The position numbers were made by a program, and so were the translations under genes. Of a stretch of DNA of 64,000 nucleotides, positions 10,428-19,944 are shown one piece after another; the stretch's first letter is position 1; the number at the start of each line of letters is the position of its first letter. The notes under the pieces were generated by a model. That model made no database searches. It was not told the origin of the DNA and worked only from the letters and a program-made list of their open reading frames with translations. The stretch covers positions 3,052,608-3,116,607 of the forward strand of contig NZ_CP195847.1 of assembly GCF_051513965.1 (NCBI RefSeq). Direction: 5' to 3'. The DNA comes from Paramicrobacterium sp. CJ85 (GTDB lineage: Bacteria; Actinomycetota; Actinomycetes; Actinomycetales; Microbacteriaceae).

Positions 10428-10470
10428 CGAAGGGCCCGCGCCGAATCCTCGGCGACGGGCCCTTCGGCGT
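10428..10470 (+). terminator. Intrinsic terminator downstream of trxA
   Basis: CGAAGGGCCCG...CGGGCCCTTCG stem with a nested CGCCGA/TCGGCG stem, followed by GCGTTT. Confidence 0.6.
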
Positions 10471-10545
10471 TTAACGAGGATTCCTCCATTCGTCGTCGCC
10501 GAATCAAGGCGACTACCATGAACTCCAAAGCAGAAACGGATTCAC

Positions 10546-11868
10546 GTGTCAGAACAAGGTCGAACACCAGCCCCCGGAAACAATCTCGATCCCTGGTACT
10601 CCAGCTACGCTGCCCGCGCCGCCGGACTCGCCGCAAGTGAGGTTCGAGCCCTTTTCGCCGTCGCCTCGCGTCCCGAGGTGGTCTCTCTGGCTGGCGGGAT
10701 GCCGTATGTCTCCGCTCTGCCCGATGATCTGATCCGCAGTGCCCTCGACCGCGTCATGACCGAACAGGGCCCCACAGCGCTCCAATACGGCTCAGGTCAG
10801 GGGGTTCCCGCACTCCGTGAGCAGATCCTCGATGTCATGGCGCTTGAGGGAATCAACGCGAGCGCTTCAGATGTCATTGTGACCACTGGAAGTCAGCACG
10901 CACTCGAGCTGTTCAGCAAGCTGTTCCTCGACCCCGGCGATGTCGTCATCTCCGAAGGCCCGAGCTACGTCACCGCAATGGTGATCTTCAAGAGCTACCA
11001 AGCCGAGGTCGCTCACGTCCCCATGGACGACGACGGCCTTCAGCCGGAGGCACTCCGTGAGCGCATCGCGAATCTCAAGGCTCAGGGCAAACGCATCAAG
11101 TTCCTCTACACGATTCCGACGTTTCACAACCCTGCCGGTGTCACTCTCGCTGCTCAACGACGCGCAGAGATCCTGGAGATCGCCAAAGAGAACGGCATCC
11201 TTGTCCTCGAAGACAACCCTTACGGTCTGCTGTACTTCGACAAGCAGCCACCCAACGCACTTCGGTCACTTGACGAGGACGGCGTGGTCTACCTCGGCAC
11301 GTTCTCAAAGACTCTCGCCCCAGGGTTCCGCGTCGGGTGGGCGCTTGCCCCACACGCGATCCGCGAGAAGCTCATCCTCGCGAACGAAGCCGCGATCCTC
11401 TGCCCCTCGTCTTTCAGCCAGCTCGTGATCTCTGAATATCTGACACAGGCCGATTGGAAGGGACAGATCGACACGTTCCGAGGCGTCTACAAGGAGCGCA
11501 AGGAGGCGATGATCTCGTCTCTCAAGGAGTATCTGCCGGGCTGTACCTGGACGAACCCCACGGGTGGCTTCTACGTGTGGCTCACACTCCCTGAAGAGCT
11601 CGACTCCAAGGCGATGCTTCCTCGCGCCGTGAAGGAACTCGTGGCCTACACACCGGGGACCGCGTTCTACGGCGATGGGGGAGGACGCCAGAACATGCGC
11701 ATCTCGTTCTGCTACCCGACGCCGGAGCAGATTCGCGTCGGCATTCGACGTCTCGCAAACGTGGTCAACGGCGAACTCGATCTGCTGCACACGTTCTCCG
11801 GCTCCGGTCGCCTTCCTGACTCGCCCTCGTCGGGACGATACAACGCACCTCCACCGGACCTCTCCTGA
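10546..11868 (+). CDS. PLP-dependent aminotransferase (class I/II fold)
   Basis: 440-aa ORF, GTG start. Aminotransferase class I/II features including the conserved Lys in TFSKTLAPGFRVGW and the NPxG-like NPAGV motif. Confidence 0.8.
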   Translation: MSEQGRTPAPGNNLDPWYSSYAARAAGLAASEVRALFAVASRPEVVSLAGGMPYVSALPDDLIRSALDRVMTEQGPTALQYGSGQGVPALREQILDVMALEGINASASDVIVTTGSQHALELFSKLFLDPGDVVISEGPSYVTAMVIFKSYQAEVAHVPMDDDGLQPEALRERIANLKAQGKRIKFLYTIPTFHNPAGVTLAAQRRAEILEIAKENGILVLEDNPYGLLYFDKQPPNALRSLDEDGVVYLGTFSKTLAPGFRVGWALAPHAIREKLILANEAAILCPSSFSQLVISEYLTQADWKGQIDTFRGVYKERKEAMISSLKEYLPGCTWTNPTGGFYVWLTLPEELDSKAMLPRAVKELVAYTPGTAFYGDGGGRQNMRISFCYPTPEQIRVGIRRLANVVNGELDLLHTFSGSGRLPDSPSSGRYNAPPPDLS

Positions 11869-11893
11869 GACGAAAGAGACGAAACACCTGATC

Positions 11894-12844
11894 ATGACTA
11901 AAAACAACGGTCTTAATGTCACGGTTCTCGCTGGTGGCATCTCACACGAGCGCGACGTGTCACTTCGCTCAGGCGCACGTCTCTCCGACGAACTCCGCCG
12001 CGCTGGGCACACGGTGACCGTCCGTGAGCCTAACGCGACTCTCTTCGCCGATTTGAATGATGCGGCACCCGATGTCGTCTGGCCCGCACTTCATGGTGCC
12101 GGCGGCGAAGACGGAGCCCTTCAGTCACTGCTGCGAGCCCGTGGCATCGCCTATGTCGGATCCGACTCGGAAGCCGCCGGTCTTGCATGGTTCAAGCCGA
12201 CGGCGAAGGTCCTTGTCGATCGGGCCGGGTTCGCCACGCCCAAGTGGCTCTCTCTTCCGCAGGAGACATTCCGCGAGCTCGGCGCCGGGGGAGTGCTCGG
12301 CGAAGTGCTCGCCGGAATCGGAACGCCAGCCGTCGTCAAACCAGCACAGGGTGGCTCGGCACAGGGAGTCACGATCGTCGAGGACGAAAACGCGCTGCCT
12401 CGCGCGATGGTCGATACGTACACCTACTCTGAGACCGCGCTCGTCGAACAGAAGGTGACCGGTGTCGAACTCGCGATCACCGTCATCGACACCGGCGACG
12501 GTCCACGCGCACTTCCCGCCGTTGAGATCGAGCCGGTCTCAGGCGTCTACAGCTTCGAGGCACGATACAACGCGGGGGAGACCATGTTCTATGCTCCCGC
12601 TCGAATCGAGGATGCCGTCGCCGAGCGCGCCGCCGAGACAGCCGTTCAGATCCACACTCTTCTCGGCCTGCGCCACATCTCACGCATCGATGTGATCGTC
12701 GATGCTGAGGGAGTGGTCTGGTTCCTCGAAGCGAACATGCTCCCCGGTCTCACGGAGACCTCACTCGCGCCACTCGCGATCCAGGCAGCAGGTCTCACGC
12801 TCAGCTCCGTCTACGACGAACTGGTGCGCTCCGCCGCAGCCTGA
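11894..12844 (+). CDS. ddl: D-alanine--D-alanine ligase family protein
   Basis: ATP-grasp Ddl signatures (HGAGGEDGALQSLLRARGIAYVGS; EANMLPGLTETS). Start trimmed to ATG 11894 (MTKNNGLNVTVLAGG...) from the longer track ORF. Confidence 0.8.
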   Translation: MTKNNGLNVTVLAGGISHERDVSLRSGARLSDELRRAGHTVTVREPNATLFADLNDAAPDVVWPALHGAGGEDGALQSLLRARGIAYVGSDSEAAGLAWFKPTAKVLVDRAGFATPKWLSLPQETFRELGAGGVLGEVLAGIGTPAVVKPAQGGSAQGVTIVEDENALPRAMVDTYTYSETALVEQKVTGVELAITVIDTGDGPRALPAVEIEPVSGVYSFEARYNAGETMFYAPARIEDAVAERAAETAVQIHTLLGLRHISRIDVIVDAEGVVWFLEANMLPGLTETSLAPLAIQAAGLTLSSVYDELVRSAAA

Positions 12845-12861
12845 TTGTCCCCAGACAGAAA

Positions 12862-12892
12862 GAGGGGCGGTCGCTTCGCGACCGCCCCTCTT
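12862..12892. terminator. Bidirectional intrinsic terminator between ddl (+) and parB (-)
   Basis: Perfect 12-bp inverted repeat AGGGGCGGTCGC / GCGACCGCCCCT with a TTCG tetraloop, lying between convergent genes. Confidence 0.7.
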
Positions 12893-12916
12893 CGATGCTC
12901 AGCACCGGTTTCTGTG

Positions 12917-13885
12917 TCATCCACTGTACGGTTCTTCACCGATCTCTGCAAGGATACGATTGAGGTCGCCGATTGTCGCGAAATCAACGACGATCTGGCC
13001 TTTCTTCGCACCGAGCGTGACTTTCACACGCGTATTGAGGCGATCTCCAAGGCGCGATCCGACAGAATCAAGCTGGTTACGGCGCGTTCCGGCCTTCGGC
13101 TTCGGCTTGTTCGCGGCTGACATGCGTTTGGCGGCCTCTTCCGCCGCACGAACTGAGAGCTCTTCGTTGATGATCTTCTCGGCCAGACGCTCCATGAGCT
13201 TGGGATCGGAGACGGACAGAATCGCCCGAGCATGCCCAGCACTGAGAACACCAGCCGCAACCTTGGCCTGAACGATCGTCGGCAGACGAAGAAGGCGAAG
13301 CGTGTTCGTGATCTGAGGGCGAGAACGACCAATGCGATCTGCGAGCTGCTCTTGATTGATTCCGAAGTCTTCGAGGAGCTGCTGATACGCAGACGCCTCT
13401 TCCAGGGGATTCAGCTGAGATCTGTGGAGGTTCTCGAGAAGCGCGTCTCGGAGCATCGCGTCGTCGGAGGTCTTCTTGATGACCGCCGGAATGGTGTCGA
13501 GGCCGGCTTCTTTAGCGGCACGCAGACGCCGTTCACCCATGATGAGTTCATAGACGCCCTCGTCGTCATGCGGACGCACCACGATCGGCTGCAGCACCCC
13601 GAACTCACGGATGCTGTGGACAAGTTCTGCGAGCTCGTCTGGATCAAAATTGGTTCGCGGCTGGTTCGCATTGGGTACGATCGCGGCGGGATCAAGAGCA
13701 ACCAGCTGTGCCCCCGGAACCGTCTGGAGAGACTGCTCAGCCGCTTCCTCAGACGGGGGAGCGGTCACAGTGCGCGAGGTCTCGGGAAAGAACACATCAA
13801 CCGGTCGCGCTGTGTCTCCGCCCTCGTTCTGCGTGGGGATGAGTGCACCGATACCGCGGCCGAGACCAGTTCGTCGAGTTGCCAT
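12917..13885 (-). CDS. parB: Chromosome partitioning protein ParB (Spo0J)
   Basis: ParB box and HTH (GERRLRAAKEAGLDTIPAVI) with C-terminal dimerisation region. Confidence 0.95.
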   Translation of the reverse strand: MATRRTGLGRGIGALIPTQNEGGDTARPVDVFFPETSRTVTAPPSEEAAEQSLQTVPGAQLVALDPAAIVPNANQPRTNFDPDELAELVHSIREFGVLQPIVVRPHDDEGVYELIMGERRLRAAKEAGLDTIPAVIKKTSDDAMLRDALLENLHRSQLNPLEEASAYQQLLEDFGINQEQLADRIGRSRPQITNTLRLLRLPTIVQAKVAAGVLSAGHARAILSVSDPKLMERLAEKIINEELSVRAAEEAAKRMSAANKPKPKAGTRRNQLDSVGSRLGDRLNTRVKVTLGAKKGQIVVDFATIGDLNRILAEIGEEPYSG

Positions 13886-14799
13886 TACTTGCGTACCTTC
13901 TTTCGCGAGGGTGCTCGCTGCGCAATTTCGGCAGCTGCTTCAAGATACGAGACAGCGCCTATGCCGCTCGGATCGTAGGTGATAACGGTCTGCCCGAAAC
14001 TCGGTGCCTCTGAGATTCTCACAGCACGCGGGATGACAGCTTTAAGGACCTGGCTGGGGAAGTGCTCACGGACATCGTCCGCGACTTGATTGGCCAGATT
14101 CGTTCTGCCGTCAAACATCGTAAGGAGAATCGTTGAGAGTTCCAGCGTGGGATTCAGATGCTTCTGAATGAGACGAATGCTGCCGAGCAGCTGACTGAGT
14201 CCCTCGAGTGCGTAGTATTCACACTGAATCGGAATCATTACTTCTGTAGCCGCGACAAAGCCATTGATCGTGAGGAGCCCGAGAGAAGGCGGACAATCGA
14301 TGAAGATGTAGTCCCAAGGCTCTTTGGACTTTCGAGCCCTGTCTACGAACTCATCTAATGCCGTACGAAGTCGGTGCTCTCGTGCGACCTGCGAGACCAG
14401 CTCGATCTCAGCGCCCGCGAGATGAATCGTCGATGGCACGCAGTAGAGAGTGTCGGCTTCAGGGCTCTTCTGAATGACGTCCTCCAGCGGGAAGTCATCG
14501 ATGAGGACGTCATAGACACTGGGCACCTCGGAGGTGTGATCCACACCTAGTGCAGTTGAGGCGTTCCCCTGCGGATCGAGATCAATCACAAGCACTTTGA
14601 GCCCGTGCCGGGCGAAGGCGGCCGCGATGTTGACCGTTGTCGTCGTCTTCCCGACTCCGCCTTTCTGATTGGAGATCGTAAAGACTCGTGTGTCGGCCGG
14701 GCGAGGGACTTCAACGTCACCCAACGCTTTGCGACGACTTGTGAGAGCAGCAAGATCGCGGGCGAGGGGAGTGGATGCGTCAAACGAGACGTCTGTCAT
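13885..14799 (-). CDS. parA: Chromosome partitioning ATPase ParA (Soj)
   Basis: Deviant Walker A KGGVGKTT; ParA family. Start trimmed to ATG 14797-14799 (MTDVSFD...) because the longer track ORF would read through the parS site at 14824-14839. Confidence 0.9.
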   Translation of the reverse strand: MTDVSFDASTPLARDLAALTSRRKALGDVEVPRPADTRVFTISNQKGGVGKTTTTVNIAAAFARHGLKVLVIDLDPQGNASTALGVDHTSEVPSVYDVLIDDFPLEDVIQKSPEADTLYCVPSTIHLAGAEIELVSQVAREHRLRTALDEFVDRARKSKEPWDYIFIDCPPSLGLLTINGFVAATEVMIPIQCEYYALEGLSQLLGSIRLIQKHLNPTLELSTILLTMFDGRTNLANQVADDVREHFPSQVLKAVIPRAVRISEAPSFGQTVITYDPSGIGAVSYLEAAAEIAQRAPSRKKVRK

Positions 14800-14823
14800 G
14801 CGATTGCCCCCGTTGCGTGACCA

Positions 14824-14839
14824 TGTTTCACGTGAAACC
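14824..14839. promoter_or_regulatory. parS: parS site (15/16 match) upstream of parA
   Basis: TGTTTCACGTGAAACc versus the actinobacterial parS consensus TGTTTCACGTGAAACA. Confidence 0.8.
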
Positions 14840-14942
14840 CTCCCGTCGAAACCGTACTCATCAACTGTACGCGTTTCAGTGCAATCCCGCATGCTTCTGT
14901 GAGGCGTTCGGAGGACGCTACTCACCCTGTGGATGGATCAGA

Positions 14943-14958
14943 TGTTTCACGTGAAACA
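14943..14958. promoter_or_regulatory. parS: parS site (perfect 16-mer)
   Basis: TGTTTCACGTGAAACA exact palindrome. Confidence 0.9.
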
Positions 14959-16410
14959 TTGCCTCCAGTGAACGAGGCTAACTCGACAGTTTCCTCGAGT
15001 TCACGCGGAAGTAGCGCCTTTGGATGGCGTTGCCCGACGGGTGACGGCTGTCGAGCTCGCGACCAAGAGTTGCTCGATGATTGACGCGGCCGCGTCGCTC
15101 TGCTGGGAGACTTGTCGCTGAGGAGATTGCTCCTGATTTCACAATTGCCGAGCCGTCCAAACCGAGCTCGTTCTGGCTCCTTGAAGTTTCATCGTCGCTG
15201 ACGACGGAGAGCCAGCTGAGTACTTGTCGAGGGACTCCGGGGTCGCGCTTCCACTCCTCCTCACGTCCACACCTCAACCTCGGTACTTCCAGTGCTGTCG
15301 CACAATGGCGGTGCGCCCGCAATCACCCGAAGTACGCGTGCGAGCATCACTACTATCTACCTCCATTCCGCGCGCACCAGACGCTGTGGACACCCACAAG
15401 TGCCAGTCCAGCTGGGGCGGTAGCGAACCACTCATGAACCCGGGGCTTGGGGGAGTCCAGGGACAACGTGCACGAGACAACAGCAATCAGTATCCGAATG
15501 GATGCGTGCCGCTTGAACACCGAGCCCGATTGGCTCTTGTGCTGCTTGAGCACGGCCCAAACGAGGAGGTCGCGTACGTCAAACACAGCCTCAGAATCGG
15601 TCTGAGAGATTTGATAAATCGTAAGCCCCGGTCAACCACAAATTCGAGCCCATAAGAAATCGTGCATTCCGGGCGTGTCGTGCTATCAGTTTCCGACCAA
15701 TTCTAGACAGGTTAGAGAAACCCGCCTCTCTGCAGCGATCGAGTAGATACATGAGGCACAGATGACGGCACCGCCACTGAGGGACGCGTGGGTGGCTACT
15801 CCCTGGCACAATAGTGCGATAGCTGGCGTCGCTAGCTTTCCATAAGTAATAGGCAACGGCGATAATGTGGCCTGCGCCAGGCATGCGGGGTGTGGCACGT
15901 ATTCACGCGAGGTTCACGCCCGAAGCAGCTGCGTTCCTGCCTCACACCGTGGGACTAGGACAGCAGGCAGCTCAATCTGATTCACAGCGGAAGCGACGTG
16001 GCCGCAGCATCGACCCTATAACGTCCGCAATTAGGACCACAACCACGAGCGGCTGGCGCACCACGGCAACAGCGCGAACAAAGCGCAGCGCGCCACTTCT
16101 ACCTGTGGGCTTCATCGTTTCCGCGGGGGAGCACGCGTCGTGACAAAAGACGACACAAGCGGCGCGGCATCGCACTCCAAGATCGACCAGGATCATGGGC
16201 ACCATCGCTACGAAGTACATCCATAATCGCTCATGGGGGGAGATCGACGCGATGTTCAACGAAGCGTCGATCCGGAGGAGGCAGCTGAACAGTAGGCGAT
16301 GGATCACACCTAGTGATATTCATAACATCGCGGAACCCAATGTCGCTGAAGTCGCTGTCCCCCTAGAGATGATGAACGCCGAGAGTTCCGTGGCCATGAT
16401 GTTGGCGGGA

Positions 16411-16426
16411 TGTTTCACGTGAAACA
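16411..16426. promoter_or_regulatory. parS: parS site (perfect 16-mer)
   Basis: TGTTTCACGTGAAACA exact palindrome, inside the gene-poor gap between parA and rsmG. Confidence 0.9.
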
Positions 16427-16439
16427 TCCCAATCCGAAG

Positions 16440-16578
16440 TTCTCCACATCCCCAAGAACGCTGTGGATAACTCCATCACTCGAGAGCGAAATGAACTGAT
16501 GGAAACCGCGGAAACACGCGGCTCAACAGAGATATCCCCAAGCCCAGGGAGCATAGTGGATAACGCGAGATATCCACA
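16440..16578. promoter_or_regulatory. DnaA-box cluster downstream of rsmG
   Basis: TTCTCCACA 16440-48, TGTGGATAA 16462-70 (reverse complement TTATCCACA), AGTGGATAA 16555-63 and ATATCCACA 16570-78. Confidence 0.55.
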
Positions 16579-16586
16579 AGTGGAAC

Positions 16587-17243
16587 TTAGGACCCTCGGA
16601 CAGTGCCTCTGACAACGCGAGTCGGCTCTCGGACAAGCCCTTCACCCAGGATCTCCACACGCGCGTCGGACACCTTGAACTTACGAAGCTCCTTCTGCGC
16701 TGCATCGATCTCCGCGGCTGCGCCTGTGCCCTTCATCAGCACAAGCTCACCACCGTCCCGAAGCAGGGGAGCGGTCAATCGAAGCAACTTACGCAAAGCG
16801 CTCACCGCTCGAGCAGTCACCTGATCGAGCGGATCATCCAGGTCAACTTCCTCGGCACGGGCACGAACGACAGTAACGTTCGTCAATCCCAACTCAGCTA
16901 CCTGCTCATTGAGCCAGGTCACCCGGCGCTCCATCGGCTCAATCAGACTCATCTGCACGTCCGGCCTGGCGATAGCGAGCACAAGTCCGGGAAGTCCCGC
17001 GCCTGACCCCACATCTCCAACACGGCCGGGTCTCAGCAGAGGAGCCACCAGTCCACTGTTCACTATGTGACGCGTCCAGAGTCGAGGCAACTCAAGCGGG
17101 CCGATCAGCCCGCGCTCCTCGCCGTGCTCGGCTAGGTTCTGTGTGAACCGCCGAATCAGTGGAAGGCGGTCTCCAAAAACGGTTGATGCCTCCAGCGGCT
17201 CCGACTCGAGTTCGGCAGCTTCATCAGGATTCTCAGTCATCAT
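16587..17243 (-). CDS. rsmG: 16S rRNA (guanine527-N7)-methyltransferase RsmG (GidB)
   Basis: GidB family with SAM motif VGDVGSGAGLPGLVLA. Conserved position between jag and parA. Confidence 0.9.
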   Translation of the reverse strand: MMTENPDEAAELESEPLEASTVFGDRLPLIRRFTQNLAEHGEERGLIGPLELPRLWTRHIVNSGLVAPLLRPGRVGDVGSGAGLPGLVLAIARPDVQMSLIEPMERRVTWLNEQVAELGLTNVTVVRARAEEVDLDDPLDQVTARAVSALRKLLRLTAPLLRDGGELVLMKGTGAAAEIDAAQKELRKFKVSDARVEILGEGLVREPTRVVRGTVRGS

Positions 17244-17258
17244 GTTTCACGTGAAACG
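17243..17258. promoter_or_regulatory. parS: parS site (15/16) between jag and rsmG
   Basis: TGTTTCACGTGAAACg. Confidence 0.8.
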
Positions 17259-17259
17259 T

Positions 17260-17742
17260 TCAGTGACGCGTGATCACTGTGTGGCGCCCACGACCTTCAC
17301 CGTGCGACTCGGACACGAAACCGCGCTCAGCCACAATGTCGTGAACGAGCTTCCGCTCGTAGCTCGACATCGGAGGAAGATCGGCCTCGGAAGAACCAGC
17401 CTCCAGACGCTCGATCGCCTTGTCCACGAGCACCGACAGCTCAGCCTGGCGCGCAGCACGCGACCCAGCGATATCGAGGATCACGCGCGAGAACTCACCG
17501 GTTTCGCTCTGAACCGCAAGCCGCGTGAGTTCCTGTAGAGCATTCACGACCTCAGCTTTCGACAGGCGCTCGAGGTCACTCTCCGAGTCCGCGACTGACA
17601 CGTACGCGCGACCGTTCTTCGTGTCGATGTCGATATCCCCGCCGAGATCACAGATATCCAGGAGCTCCTCGATGTAATCCGCGGCCACATCGCCCTCACG
17701 GTCGATGGCTTCAGCGGAGCGAGAATCAATGGTCTCTGACAT
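17260..17742 (-). CDS. jag: R3H/Jag-domain RNA-binding protein (Jag/KhpB-like)
   Basis: C-terminal R3H motif (YERKLVHDIVAERGFVSESHGEG). Conserved yidC-jag-rsmG order. Confidence 0.85.
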   Translation of the reverse strand: MSETIDSRSAEAIDREGDVAADYIEELLDICDLGGDIDIDTKNGRAYVSVADSESDLERLSKAEVVNALQELTRLAVQSETGEFSRVILDIAGSRAARQAELSVLVDKAIERLEAGSSEADLPPMSSYERKLVHDIVAERGFVSESHGEGRGRHTVITRH

Positions 17743-17744
17743 TG

Positions 17745-18779
17745 CTACTTCTTTCCCTTGTTCGTGGGATCACCCGGTTTGCCGTCTGATTTCTTCTGCG
17801 GGTTGGGCTGCGACGGCGCTTTACCCTGCTGTGTCATCTTCTTAGCCCGCGCCTTGCCGACAGGCTGCTGACGCTGAGCTGGCTTGCGCTCTTCCACCAC
17901 AATGGTCTTGTCGTCGTTCAACTTATCGAGCTTGCCCTTACGAGCCAGGCGAGCCTCACGCTCCTTGGCGGCTTCTGTGCCGGGCATGGGCATGTTCCGG
18001 ATGATGACGAACTGCTGAACCATCGTCCAAATGTTGGAGACAAGCCAGTAGAACATGACGCCAAGCGGGAAGGCGAAGCCAGAGAAAAGGAAGACGAACG
18101 GAAGCAGGTAGAGCAGGATCCTCTGCTGCTTGAACATCGGTGAGGCCTTCGTCTCCTCCGAGATGTTCTTCGACATGATCTGCAGCTGAGTGAAGAACTG
18201 CGAGCTCGTCATAAGAACGACCATCACGGCGGCGACGACCATCACCGCAACGGCTGGGGGAGTGGCGTTCATCGCGTCCTGGAAGGACGAGTGGAGCGGC
18301 GCCATATCGAACAGCGATGCGTCGCCGAACAGTTTCGCGAGCTCCGCATTCAGGGGACCGACGCCGGCCTTACCGCCGGCTGCCTCTCGCAGAACCGAGA
18401 ACAGCGCAAAGAAGATCGGCATCTGGACAAGCAACGGGAGACACGAACCCATCGGGTTGGTTCCTGTCTTCTTGTAGAGATCCATCGTCTCGCGGCTCAT
18501 AGCCTCGCGAGACATCTGGTCCCGTTTGCCCTTGTACTTGTCCTGGATCTTCTTGAGCTGAGGAGCGACCTCCATCATCCTTCGCTGGTTCTTGATCTGC
18601 TTCACGAACAGCGGGATGAGCGCAGCACGCACAACCAGGACGAGACCGACGATCGAAAGAACCCAGGTGAGTCCCGCAGAGGGATCCATTCCGATCGCGC
18701 TGAACACGAAGTGGAAAGCGACCAGGATGAGCTCGACCGCCCATTTGAGCGGCCAGAGGATCGTGCCGATGATGTCCAT
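17745..18779 (-). CDS. yidC: Membrane protein insertase YidC
   Basis: YidC/Oxa1 family signature (PLFVKQIKNQRRMMEVAPQLKKIQDKYKG...CLPLLVQMPIFFALF). Confidence 0.9.
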   Translation of the reverse strand: MDIIGTILWPLKWAVELILVAFHFVFSAIGMDPSAGLTWVLSIVGLVLVVRAALIPLFVKQIKNQRRMMEVAPQLKKIQDKYKGKRDQMSREAMSRETMDLYKKTGTNPMGSCLPLLVQMPIFFALFSVLREAAGGKAGVGPLNAELAKLFGDASLFDMAPLHSSFQDAMNATPPAVAVMVVAAVMVVLMTSSQFFTQLQIMSKNISEETKASPMFKQQRILLYLLPFVFLFSGFAFPLGVMFYWLVSNIWTMVQQFVIIRNMPMPGTEAAKEREARLARKGKLDKLNDDKTIVVEERKPAQRQQPVGKARAKKMTQQGKAPSQPNPQKKSDGKPGDPTNKGKK

Positions 18780-18787
18780 GGGGCGAT

Positions 18788-19102
18788 CTAGTTCTTTCTG
18801 TCGTTGGGTGAGACCACGAACCCGTGAGGGGTCACGGCATATCGGAAGTTCTTCTTGGCAGGGACGTCATCGACGCCTCCCGCTGCCCACGGGTGACAGC
18901 GAAGAATTCTCCGCACACCCATGTACGAGCCGATGGCCACTCCGTGGATCTGAATGGCCTGGAGCGTGTATGCCGAACACGATGGGTAATAACGGCACAC
19001 ATCTCCGTAGAGCGGCGAGACTATTCGGCGATACACGTGCAGCACAGCGACCGCGAGGTTGCGCGGGAACAACAGCAGTCCCGACATCAGACGAAGCATC
19101 AT
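18788..19102 (-). CDS. yidD: Membrane protein insertion efficiency factor YidD
   Basis: DUF37 signature (YRRIVSPLYGDVCRYYPSCSAYTLQAIQIHG). Overlaps the rnpA stop by 4 nt. Confidence 0.85.
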   Translation of the reverse strand: MMLRLMSGLLLFPRNLAVAVLHVYRRIVSPLYGDVCRYYPSCSAYTLQAIQIHGVAIGSYMGVRRILRCHPWAAGGVDDVPAKKNFRYAVTPHGFVVSPNDRKN

Positions 19103-19455
19103 CGAGCCGCCGCCTTATGAACAGCCTTGACCACATCAGCCAACAGGTCATCAAATGAGGCTGTCGCAGCCGGTGGAAGCGCGCGAATAACCAGATCAAA
19201 TCCCAAAAGCGAGGTCGCTGGGACAAATTCACCGTTCACGGCACGGTACGAGAGCGCCTTGAGCCGTCGCCGCACCCGGTTGCGCGTCACAGCATTACCC
19301 ACCGTTTTCGCAACAATGAACCCGAATCGTGGTTGCCCACCATTCGGGTTCTTGTTGATGTAGGTCACGGTACTCCCACCAGCGCTGCGTCGACCTCGGC
19401 GCACAACGTGCTTATAGTCAGCAGCGCTCGTGATGCGGTGACGCCGATCGAGCAC
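19099..19455 (-). CDS. rnpA: Ribonuclease P protein component
   Basis: RnpA basic motif (RNRVRRRLKA), 118 aa. Confidence 0.9.
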   Translation of the reverse strand: MLDRRHRITSAADYKHVVRRGRRSAGGSTVTYINKNPNGGQPRFGFIVAKTVGNAVTRNRVRRRLKALSYRAVNGEFVPATSLLGFDLVIRALPPAATASFDDLLADVVKAVHKAAAR

Positions 19456-19471
19456 TGTCGCCTAGTCGCTG

Positions 19472-19609
19472 TTACGCGGAGAGCTCGGTGCGGCCCTTGC
19501 GACGACGTGCCGAGATGATGGCGCGGCCAGCACGGGTACGCATACGCGCACGGAAACCGTGGACCTTCGCACGACGGCGGTTGTTCGGCTGGAACGTTCT
19601 CTTGCTCAT
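19472..19609 (-). CDS. rpmH: 50S ribosomal protein L34
   Basis: Manual translation of the minus strand gives [53 protein letters not shown]. The gene is too short to appear in the ORF track. Confidence 0.95.
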   Translation of the reverse strand: MSKRTFQPNNRRRAKVHGFRARMRTRAGRAIISARRRKGRTELSA

Positions 19610-19734
19610 AGTTTCTCCTGGAGGACACCCATCGCGCGGGCACGCGACAGGAAAGCTGTGGCCCGGACGGGCTGCGTCAACTGATTAAAACTACGTTGTT
19701 CAACGGAAAGCGTCAAACCGCGCAGATCCAAAGT

Positions 19735-19930
19735 CGGAATTATCCACAACATTCTCAGACTCTCGAGCAGCGACACGCTGTCTCGCCACACTCGGGATCC
19801 CGCGGAATTTTGCCCCCGACTCGTCATCAGACTAGCGTGATGTGTTCAAGTTATCCACAGCCCACGCGATGATCCGCAGGAGCACAGCGCACAGGTGCTG
19901 TTTAATCGGTGGATAACGTTGTGGATAAGT
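19735..19930. promoter_or_regulatory. oriC: oriC part 1: DnaA-box cluster in the rpmH-dnaA intergenic region (dnaA promoter region)
   Basis: Perfect TTATCCACA at 19740-48 and 19851-59; TGGATAACG at 19909-17; TGTGGATAA at 19920-28. Confidence 0.75.
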
Positions 19931-19944
19931 ATGGGGGATTCCGA

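Noticed and set aside
13885-14925. Long 346-aa form of parA starting at 14925
   Set aside because: It would translate through a parS palindrome (VSRET = GTTTCACGTGAAAC). The internal ATG at 14799 gives a canonical ParA N-terminus.
14978-16307. Several 75 to 143 aa ORFs (both strands) in the parA-rsmG gap
   Set aside because: No RBS, no recognisable domains, mixed frames and atypical composition. Treated as non-coding.
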